Source of the DNA: Octopus bimaculoides
Taxonomy: Eukaryota
Assembly (NCBI RefSeq): GCF_001194135.2
Contig: NC_068991.1
Span: forward strand, 34,348,761-34,387,952
DNA length: 39,192 bases
Direction: 5' to 3'
Position 1 is the stretch's first letter. Each line of letters begins with the position of its first letter. The notes beneath the pieces are model-generated. The model worked only from the letters and a program-made list of their open reading frames with translations. It was not told the DNA's origin and searched no databases. The position numbers were made by a program, and so were the translations under genes. Positions 24,333 through 33,420 of the stretch are shown piece by piece.

Positions 24333-24656
24333 TTATTTACATTATCTACATTTGACGGATATTCGTCCTCATCTTGTTTGTTGTTAACACAACGTTTCGG
24401 CTGATATACCCTCCAGCCTTCGTCAGGTGTCTTGGGGAAATTTCGAACCTGGGTTCTCATTCCTATCGATGTTACTATTATTATTNNNNNNNNNNATTTC
24501 GAACCTGGGTTCTCATTCCTATCGATGTTACTATTATTATTATTATTATATTATTATTATTATTATTATTAATCAGGTCGCTGCCGTGAATCGAACTCGG
24601 AACCTTGGGGTTAGTAGCCCGCGCTCTTAACCACTACGCCATATGCCCGTGAACTG
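24333..24656 (-). mobile_element. tRNA-headed SINE family 3 with a 16-bp TSD
   Basis: A box TGGCGTAGTGG (24631-24641) and B box GTTCGATTC (24588-24596), followed by (AAT)n. TATTCACATTATAACA is duplicated at 24317-24332 and 24657-24672. Confidence 0.92.
24386..24431 (-). ncRNA. Minimal type I hammerhead ribozyme motif inside the SINE
   Basis: Minus strand GACAC-CUGACGA-A-GGCUG-gagggtatat-CAGCC-GAAA-CG-UU-GUGUU: 5-bp stem I, CUGANGA and GAAA cores, 5-bp stem II, minimal palindromic (ACGU) stem III, GUU cleavage triplet. Confidence 0.7.
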
Positions 24657-25369
24657 TATTCACATTATAACAATTAATAATTTGAATGTATAATTTCAGA
24701 TTTAAATGAATTTTAACTATTATAACTGTGTCTATTTACTTCTGTTGTGTCTGTGTGTATATATATATGTTTAAAAATTGTTCAGTTAATTTGGTTTGCG
24801 GGTAGCAATCCTAGGATGTTAAGTGTTACATGCACAAAGTATATGAATTAAAATGAACTGATATTCAACTTCTTTTAGTTTACATCATGCTCACAAATGT
24901 CAGCTTTTTGACTGCAACTACCTTTCCAGGTGGGAAAACACTTGATATACTTTGTGTGAAAATATAATACAATAATAGAATGAATCACTCAGAGATGACC
25001 AGCCTCTCCTACTGACACTAAGTGGCTGGCAATTACCTGCGAAACAATTAAGATACTGTGTAGAAATAAAATAAACAGTAGAAAAAAATACATATAGTAC
25101 CTAGCTTGAAAAATGTAAGAAGTGTTGTTGTAATCAGTATCATGGTCACCCAACAAACAACTGGAATCAGGCTCAAGTACTGTGGCCTGCTTTCCTTTTT
25201 CTGTCTCAAGTTGATGCTTATGATATCTAACACTACATCTAACATTTTATCATCAACTGTTATTGAAGTATAGATATAAAATGAGAATGAAAATTATAGT
25301 AAAACTTTTTAAAAATGTGAATAATATTGAATTTTTACATTGATATTATTGTTTTTATTTCATGTCTAG

Positions 25370-25529
25370 AATTCTGGTCTTGGAAATATAGTAAACCCTT
25401 TGATGTCACTAGCTTCAACTAGTGTCTACAGTATTCCAATGTTACTTCTAGTTGGATGGCGAGGTGAACCTGGCAAACGAGATGAACCACAGCATCTAGT
25501 TCAAGGACACGCTACACCAGGCCTTTTAG
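25370..25529 (+). CDS. ppd: Phosphonopyruvate decarboxylase-like gene, third visible exon
   Basis: Acceptor gtttttatttcatgtcTAG| (phase 0). Encodes [53 protein letters not shown], completing the QNSGLGN motif and containing GWRGEPG..DEPQH. Probable donor G|GTTTGC at 25530 is weak, phase 1. Confidence 0.93.
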
Positions 25530-25589
25530 GTTTGCTATACTCAAATGGTTTTTTACTCTAATATCATTAAAAAATATTGTGATTTAATT

Positions 25590-26200
25590 GTTATCAGCCT
25601 CCAGCAATACCCACTCTTACACAGATAACATTACCTGTCATTTTCCCAAACTTTCTGCACCTAAATGTAATCTACACATCATTGCACTAAATCTACTCTG
25701 ACTCAAAAGCACATTTCAATGAAATCATACCAATCTTGTCTCCTCTGACAGCGGGACACAACCACACCACTTATGACAACATTATTTCTCCTACCCTTGA
25801 ACTTGAACAATATGCAATCAGAATCATCCAGGCTGCTACAAATGCTTGACTCCACCATCACAGAGGATCACACCTGAAAAATGTGTATCCTCAGATTTAA
25901 CAAAACTGCAACACAAAGTCCGGCCTTCTTCTTCAGGCTGATCTCCCATCAACTACTAATCCTCTACAAGGATCAGGTGATCCTCATAATGAAATACCAC
26001 TCCCACATCTGGAACAGTGCATTGCTACATAGGTTGCATTCATACAAAGGCTACCTGAGTGATTGGAATGAAGCTCCATACCAACACACTCCACTCTCTC
26101 ATTCATAAATGTGTTGTCTTTTCTCTCTGCCTCTTCTTTCTGTTTGCCACTGGCTCATCTCATGCCACCACCATCCTCTTCTTGTTATCTCTTGCATTAT
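25590..26200 (+). mobile_element. Decayed CR1/L2-group LINE 3' fragment, same family as 1404-2930
   Basis: FFRLISHQLLILYKDQV..IMKYHSHIWNSA parallels about 2500-2580 (ctttacaaagctcagatg...aatgaaatactgctcccacatctg). Confidence 0.8.
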
Positions 26201-27222
26201 GCTGTGTCTCACCACCCCAGCATGTTGGCCATCTGAAACTTCCTCTCTGCTTGTTCTGCTTGTTTTTTTTTTTTTTTCAATTGTCAACTTGCAACTGTTA
26301 AATAGGAATGTTAACTGTGTTGTTCTCACCAGGTTTGGAGAACCAGTAAAAGCTTTAAGTACAGTCTCTATCTTCACATCAATCCAGTAAAAAATTAAAA
26401 GCTAATTTTAGAGTAGTTTTCCTCCATTCTCTTATGAAGTGATAAATATTCTAAAATGAAAGAAAATATATAAAATAAGGCATTTGATACTAAACAAACA
26501 ATAAAGAATTATTAAATGCCACAACAAGGGATGGGGAGAGTAGTCATAAATAACCAAGAGATTGGCGACCAAAAAGTTCTGAATCTACTGGTTTATGATC
26601 ATTTGTCAATTTTAAGGTGAATATGCTCTAAAAAAATATCTGGTTTTTCCAGATGTGGATTTGTACAGTGCTGCATGCGAACAGCTTATCATGCTACTAT
26701 CATCATGCTGCCAGCATCACCACTACCGTCATCACTTTTTTTTTCTTTACTAGTATAGGTTGGACAGTTCTGCAGTGCAGCATATTACTAGTCCTTTAAT
26801 TCTGGAAATTCTTGATTGTCCCTTCCCTAATAATCACATTGAACTGTACTTCCTATGGTATCCAATTTGAGGTGTGTAAACTGCGTCTTTGAAAATTAAG
26901 TATTGTTGTGTCTAAGGTGGGTCATTATACCTATCGAAATTAAAATAAACACACAAATTGGTTCAATACTACTTCTTTATTTCACCAACTACTCATGGGT
27001 TTTTTTAAGGTGTTGATTGAACAGTTAATTGGTTGTTAGTTACAGGCATTCAAATAATTATCTATTTATTCTTTATGCAATAAAATAAATTGTTTTTATA
27101 TGATAAAAGCTGTGCAACAATCATCATTATGGATGTCAACAGGAGGATTAAATTTTTTCGTCTTATATCTCCTCTCTTTCTTATATATATACAAATATAT
27201 ATGTGTGTGTGTGTGTATATAA

Positions 27223-27602
27223 CAAATAAGAAAATGGAGAGGATATAAAGTCGACAGACATCAGCCAGTAAACATGTAAGTATGTCTATTTATTCAATTG
27301 TAAAGGATGAATACGCACACATGTATGAGTTATACAGATTAGCGAGTGGAAAAGCTGGTAACTGCATAGACAAGGGTGTGAATACATATAAGTATATAGA
27401 AACAAATGAGCAAATGAGCAAAAATATAAATGGGTGTGCACGTACCTGCACACCCATTTATATTTTTGCTCATTTGTTTCTATATACATGTATATATTAT
27501 ACATGTGTGTGTATTCATCCTTTACAATTGAATAAATAGACATACTTACATATTTACTGGCTGATGTCTATCGACTTTATATCCTCTCCATTTTCTTATT
27601 TG
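27223..27602. repeat. Near-perfect 380-bp fold-back palindrome (MITE-like)
   Basis: Outer arms 27223-27326 / 27499-27602 and inner arms 27392-27440 / 27447-27487 around loop CGTACC. The ORF track shows MSIYSIVKDEY on both strands. Confidence 0.95.
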
Positions 27603-27794
27603 GGTAAATCACTCTTTTACCCCCGCCCAGATATAATACTCAATTGCAAGATTGCCATGCAATAACTAGCACTTGACTATGAATAAGTGGGTACACTACC
27701 AGCAGTATATTAGATAGGTACTATCCCTTAGTTGGTTTCTCAACCTCTAACTCACACAGAAATAAATAAATATATATATATATAATGTATATAA

Positions 27795-28092
27795 GGCACA
27801 TGGCTCAGTGGTTAGAGCATTGGGCTCACAAGAATGAAGTAGTGAATTTGATTCCAAGACCAGGCTGTGTGTTGTGTTCTTGAGCAAGACACTTTATTTC
27901 ACATTGTTTCAGTTCACTCATCTGCAGAAATGAGTTGCAATGTCACAGGTCCCAAGTTCTATTGGCTTTTGCCTTTCCCTTGGATAACATCAGTGGTATG
28001 AAGAGGGGATGCTGGTATGCATGGGCGACTGCTGATCTTCTATAAGCAATCTTACCTGGACTTGTGCCCTGGAGGGGAACTTTCTAGGTGCA
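27795..28092 (+). mobile_element. tRNA-derived SINE family 2, 3'-truncated
   Basis: Head TGGCTCAGTGGTTAGAGC and central TGTGTTCTTGAGCAAGACACTTTATTTCAC. Reverse-complement match to 34591-34930. Confidence 0.88.
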
Positions 28093-28279
28093 GGAGGTCT
28101 TAAAAGACATGTTAGGATCCACAATGAGCAGAACTTACTTGCAGGTATTGGTAGTGCAAATCAGAGGTGCAATCTGTGTGGGTGTTTTTTCAAAACACTG
28201 TCTGGTTTAAAAAGCCACATCAGACGCCATGAAAGGGCTAAGGTGTAGGTGCAGGAGGTGGTCAAACTCTGTTTAAGGA
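28093..28279 (+). pseudogene. C2H2 zinc-finger-coding fragment, probably a LINE ORF 3' end
   Basis: Open frame GGLKRHVRIH...CNLCGCFFKTLSGLKSHIRRHERAKV* has one partial and one complete C2H2 finger. No start codon or splice acceptor. Confidence 0.6.
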
Positions 28280-28409
28280 GTAGACAACCACCATATATAN
28301 NNNNNNNNNNNNNNNNNNNNNNNNNNNNNNNNNNNNNNNNNNNNNNNNNNNNNNNNNNNNNNNNNNNNNNNNNNNNNNNNNNNNNNNNNNNNNNNNNNGG
28401 GGGGGGGGG

Positions 28410-28680
28410 GAATTCGCACAAAAAAAATAAACAAAAGACGAAGACAGGTGGTGTAGACAACAAACAGATGTATTAGTTTAATGGTCAGGAAGTGAAAAAG
28501 TCTTTAACATTTCAAGCCTACGCTCTTCCACAGAAAGGAACACAGTAAGAAACAAGGAGAGAAAATAAAGAATGTGTAGTGGCTAGTGATCTATCATGGC
28601 GAATGCCGGACAGAGGGGTCACACAGGTGAGCTTCGAAGAAGGGGAGATAATAAAGTAGTGGTGATATGTATACTACCAA
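28410..28680 (-). mobile_element. Penelope-like terminal repeat fragment with a degenerate hammerhead-like motif (28502-28537)
   Basis: Minus strand CTTT-CTGTGGA-A-GAGC-gtag-GCTT-GAAA-TG-TT-AAAG has hammerhead geometry but a mutated core. Confidence 0.45.
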
Positions 28681-28789
28681 TGCATTCCGGCATTGCCTGG
28701 GTGTTATGACCTATAAGCACATTGAATTATTTGCTCCTTTCTTATGGGCAGAATCAGCACAGCTGATATATAGTTAATGGAATAATGGA

Positions 28790-29303
28790 AGGGGCAAAGT
28801 TCAGAGAGCTACTACCTCTGTTTGTAACAAAGGGCCTCTCCCTCAAAGTGAAAAGCAGATTGCAAGATGCCTGTGTATGAACAGCTATACTACATGGCAT
28901 ACAAACTTACCCTCTCCACCCTATAATGTTATCCAAATGAAAGGCAAAGGCCAATACAGCTTAACACTAGTGACAAATGAAGCCAGCATGCTCTGCTAGA
29001 TGGGTAATGTCAGTGTGTACATACGACAGTGTAAGTGATTTGAGAGAAAAACTGGGTATACAAGGTATCAGATATAGTGTGCAAGAGAGAAGACTGCACT
29101 TGTATGACCATGTAATGAAGATAGTTGCATCAAGAGGTGTCAGTCTCTAATTGTAGAGGGAAAATATGGAAGGAGTAGACCCATGAAGATGTGGGATGAA
29201 GTGATGAGAAAGGATCTTCAGATGTTGGGCTTCACAATGGGGATGACAGGGGACCAAGATTCGTGGTGGTTTGCTGTGCTTGAGAAGATGCATCAAGCTA
29301 AGT
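28790..29303 (+). mobile_element. RTE LINE 3' fragment with a SINE-family-2-like insert at about 28905-28975
   Basis: aaagttcagagagctactacctctg...aaagggcctctc matches 525. The insert aaaggcaaaggccaatacagctt matches 34743-34766. Confidence 0.85.
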
Positions 29304-29340
29304 AAAATCATGGTTGTCCTTGCATATAGGCATGTCCCCT

Positions 29341-29659
29341 TGTTGTGTCATGGATTTGAATATTTCATTGCTAATAATGTTATGACGATGCTGGGATATG
29401 CACAAAGGTGTAGGAATAGTATTACCGAAATAAATATTTGGATATGGTTATCTAGAATAGCCTTTCACAGAATTAATATGTCCGCGTAGAACATATTCCA
29501 TACTACACCAAACGTAGGTACGATATTAAACTAACACAGTGATCCAATACGAATGATCAATGCTGTCAACTTCTGACAGTTCACACTGTTTCTTTATTTT
29601 ATTGAAATGGGTCAGTCCACTTATGGTCACATGTGGGTGGTCAGGATCCTTCCTCAACA
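29341..29659 (-). repeat. 3' LTR of a Ty3/Gypsy element (319 bp)
   Basis: Termini TGTTG...CAACA. Immediately preceded on the minus strand by polypurine tract AAAAAAGGGAAGG (29660-29672). Contains AATAAA. Partial homolog at about 31309-31476. Confidence 0.8.
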
Positions 29660-31480
29660 CCTTCCCTTTTTTGAGAATTAGCTTTCCATAACCTCTCCCC
29701 TTTTTGAGAATTAAACTCCGTCCAGAGTTTTAATATCTCTTACACTCAGGGTTTAATTCCAGTATTTCTATTCTTTTCTTTTTTCTAGAACTTGAACGTG
29801 TAGTTTGGGTTTGTTTGAGTGTTGTACAATACTCTCATGGGGATTTCATCTCTCATGACTGTTTCTTCCATACATCTTTTTTCAAGTTGGTTTATATGTT
29901 CGAAATTTTTTCCTTTTACCAGGAATATTTTCCCAATTTGTTTAATAATTAAACCATCCTCCCAACTTTCTTTACCATATCTATAAAAAAAAACTATATA
30001 AAAAACTTTGTCACCTAACTTGAAGAATTTTGAAGTATATTTGTTGTTCGCCATTTTTCTATTTTTACTCAGTATCAGCTTATGAAAAATGGATCTGATC
30101 TTTCTAGCAAACATTAATTCTACAGGTGACATTCCAGATGGTGTATTCAGATTAGGTGTTGCTCGGTGCACTCTTAGAAATTGTTGAAGTGCTAGGTCAT
30201 CCATTACTTCATTGTTCACCTTTTTTAAAGCTTTCTTAAAAGAATCAACAAAACACTCTGTTTGTCCATTTGACTTAGGATGATATGGCAGAGTGGTCAC
30301 ATGTTTGATAATGAACATTTTACAAAATGTTTTAAACTTGTCTGAAGTAAACTGAGTTCCATTATCAGGTACAATGATATCAGGAATACCATATCTGGTG
30401 AACAATTTGTGCAAAAAACTTACTGTAACCACAGATGTTGGGTTTTTACAATTACACAATTACACACTTCAGGTCACTTTGGAAAACTGCATCGACCCAA
30501 TTCATCCGAGAAAACATCAGGGAACAACCTTTCCACTTGTTTTTTTCAAATTTTCTGACTCTGTATTTGAATTAGTGCACGACTCCATTACATTTTTACA
30601 AAAATTATTTATGGGTAAATTCCATAAGTTGAACAGTTCCATAATCAGTTCCAAAAAGGTTACTTGTATTTTTTAATACATAAGCTTTCACTTTTATAGT
30701 CTTACCACGAAATATAATGTTACAGATATATTTGCCTTTAAAAATTAATTTAATCCCTGAGACACCAAGGGCAATTTTCAATGTTTTCTGTGGTGTAAGT
30801 TTCTCGATTTTTTTCCATATTTTAAAAGTAATATCCCTACCTGTATCTAATTGTAATTTTACATTCGTATTATTAATTTTTACATACACAAATTTCCTTT
30901 CAGGCTTGTTCATATTTCTTGTCACTGATAAATTGTTTACATGATTTTTTTCTGTTGAACTACTTTCCAGGTTTTGTTTTACAGTGTGATTTTTTATGAC
31001 CTATCTTACCACACTTGAAGCATTTTCTCTTTTCATAAAGGCAGTCAGATCTGTAGTGTAATACTCTACATCCAAAACATGGGTTAAATTTCTACTTTTC
31101 ATTACTTACTTTCGGTTGTCCTGATTGTATATGAGAGCAGTTTCTCACTTCAATTTCTTCCATATAACTTAGGTTTATCATTCTCTGACATTCCTCAGAT
31201 ATTTCTTGCAGTGTTAGCTTCTGATTTTGTGCTAATTTAGTCAGAATTTGGTTATGAATTTTTGAGTCTTTCTTTCACATTAAACCTCTAAAATAACATT
31301 TAACAGAGTTAATATGTTCAGGCAGAAGCTACTCCACACTATGCCAAACATAAGTGTGATACTGAACTAACACAGTAATCCAATACAGACAACCAAAGCT
31401 ATCAAGTGCTCTGCTGTCAAAAGCCACCAGATCACACAGTTTCTTTCTTTTATAGAAATGAGTCAGACCACGTATGCATA
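29341..31480 (-). mobile_element. Internally deleted Ty3/Gypsy LTR retrotransposon (gag fragment, protease, integrase; no RT/RNase H)
   Basis: Gag-like ILTKLAQNQKLTLQEISEECQRMINL, protease KLQLDTGRDIT (30605-30925), and integrase GIPDIIVPDNGTQFTS...YHPKSNGQTE (29785-30459). Confidence 0.9.
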
Positions 31481-31494
31481 TATAAATACATATT

Positions 31495-31507
31495 ATCTAT
31501 CTATCTG

Positions 31508-31541
<34 letters not shown>
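31495..31541. repeat. (ATCT)n microsatellite
   Basis: Read directly, running into a gap. Confidence 0.95.
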
Positions 31542-32239
31542 NNNNNNNNNNNNNNNNNNNNNNNNNNNNNNNNNNNNNNNNNNNNNNNNNNNNNNNNNNN
31601 NNNNNNNNNNNNNNNNNNNNNNNNNNNNNNNNNNNNNNNNNTTTTTTTTTTTTTTGGAGAACTTAAAGCATTCAAAGAGCCCATGAGTCCTAAGTAACTA
31701 CTGGCATCAAGTTTGAACAAAATACTTCAAAGGGGTGTAGCTAATTTTAGTGGGAGATCCTATAAGGAATCGGTTTATTGATTTTTCAACTTGATTGAAT
31801 GGAAAACCCCATAAGGAATCAGTTTATTGATTTTTCACCCCAAACAGGACTTAACATTGTTGATTCAAAAAAGCTATATTTATACCTTAAAGTTGGTTTT
31901 CATACCCAACCCCATTCTGCAGAATCAGTGTCACAGCGGGAATGCATGTGTCGAGAGTTTGACCGGCAGAGGTGATCAAGTTGCACATGCCAGCTCTTTC
32001 AAAATCCCCCTCACCATCATATAAAGCCCCCTTGGCCCATGGGTTGGGAACCCTTCCAGCAAGGAAAATAGAATGTATAAAAGGGCTCCCGATCCTTTGT
32101 ATCAGGTGAGGTTATGTTCGGATCACAACTAAGCTTTAACCTAAACCTAAGCTAACCTAGCGAAAGGGGGCTCGGAAGCCTCTAAAAGGCAGTGATTATT
32201 CCCGATCTAGTCCTAACCCCTCCTAGGGGTACTATCAGT

Positions 32240-32463
32240 CAAGGCTGTATTGAAGATATTCATTGGAGAAGGTTGCCTCAGAGATCTGCATTGGAAGAGG
32301 TTGCATTGAAGGTTTGCATTGGCTAAGGATGCATCGAAAGTTTGCATTGGAGATCTGCAGTGAAGAAAGTTGACTCAAAGATTTGGATTGGATAAGGTTG
32401 CATTAGAGATCTGCATTGGAGAAGGTTCGTTCAAAGGTTTGTATTGGGGATCTGGATTGGAGT
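32240..32463. repeat. Degenerate short-unit tandem repeat (TGCATTGGA / GAAGGT / GAGATC modules)
   Basis: About ten recurrences of (t/c)tgcattgga-like units. Confidence 0.75.
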
Positions 32464-32779
32464 AACTTAGGAAAACTTACCAACAGCCTTAACAAAAATA
32501 TGAGGGGCCTGGCTCTTCTAGCCTAACTCTATGAGCAACTTGGCCAAGCACTGATATTGTCCGAGTGAGCTTTATTGTCAGAGAAGTCAGCATTGTCCAA
32601 TAAAGAAGAGGAAGAGTCTGTGAGACATGTTGCCATGGTTTGAGAATATGTCCGCCAATACTTCCGGATCACCTGTTTATAACCACATCAGCTGCAATGA
32701 TGACTTGTTCTTCTTTCTACATCTATAAAACTTTGCTATTGACAACATTGCGTGTTCTGCCCTGAGGAGCATACACAAA

Positions 32780-33420
32780 AAGTGCATTTCAACTCCTCAT
32801 ACAGTAGCAGGCCACATAAAGTTGCCCATGTGAAAAGCACAGCTCCCCCAAATGGATGCCCACCATCGAAAGTGTTTGGCCTTGGGATTTGTTGCTGGAC
32901 ATGGCGAAGCATGACCTCACTGTGAACTGCGATCTGCAGAAGTTAAATGGCATGTCTGATCCCGAGGGATAAAGGTGCATCCTTGAAATGAAAACATTTC
33001 CCCCCCTCCCACAACCCTAACAATGGTGGCCTTAATAAAGTGGGGCGCCAGTGACTTGACTACCAAATGGGTCCCATTGCACTGTTTAGGCAGATAAAGC
33101 ATGTATTCTTTATCCCATTTGAGTTTTATTGAATGATTGTGTAAAATTTTCTTAGCAATAGGATATATTGTAAGTCTACACACACACACACAGAAATACG
33201 CACTTGGTATTATGGTTGTTGTGATGCTTGTACTCTTTATCCCATTTGAGTTGTTGTTTTAAGTGAAAACATGCCGTTTGAGGTGTTCCACTCATTGGAT
33301 AGTAGGTTTTGTTTGAGAGAGTGATTAAAATAGTAATTTATTTTTGGTATCCTTATATCATTGAAGATTTTATGGCAGGAGATAAGTTTCAGCAAACTTG
33401 AATAGCATGTTTGGAACTCA
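32780..33420 (-). mobile_element. Helitron Pif1-like helicase remnant
   Basis: QCNGTHLVVKSL and SQFTVRSCFAMSSNKSQGQTLSMVGIHL...FSHGQLYVAC match the C-terminal motifs of Helitron/Pif1 helicases. Frameshifted. Confidence 0.88.

Larger units (their letters stand above)
23226..24758 (+). mobile_element. Tc1-like (DD34E) transposon, inactive, with TIRs
   Basis: Reads ELSEFQRGHIV, FSNESRFAVF, FMEDGAPG and LPWPSQSPDMNPIEHLWG. TIR cores ACAGAAATAAATAGACA (23255-23271) and TGTCTATTTACTTCTGT (24729-24745). Confidence 0.9.

Noticed and set aside
24437-24545. Duplicated atttcgaacctgggttctcattcctatcgatgttactattatt in the SINE
   Set aside because: Identical on both sides of a 10-N gap next to an (ATT)n run, so most likely an assembly artefact.
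24575-24650. Possible tRNA gene on the minus strand
   Set aside because: A and B boxes are present but the anticodon and acceptor stems pair poorly, and it lies within a TSD-flanked element. It is a SINE head.
3875-25529. Alternative calls: sulfopyruvate decarboxylase ComD, or bacterial contamination
   Set aside because: RGEPG..DEPQH and GVPDSLLK fit Ppd better, from recalled family motifs (an HMM search should confirm). Canonical introns filled with host TEs exclude contamination.
26653-26758. Candidate fourth ppd exon after acceptor-like tttttccAG
   Set aside because: In the required phase it reads DVDLYSAACEQ..., hits TAG at 26751, and has no Ppd resemblance.
31759-31840. Two about 30-bp direct repeats with a spacer (ccataaggaatc.gtttattgatttttca), CRISPR-like in layout
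   Set aside because: Only two units, eukaryotic context and no cas genes. A simple local duplication.
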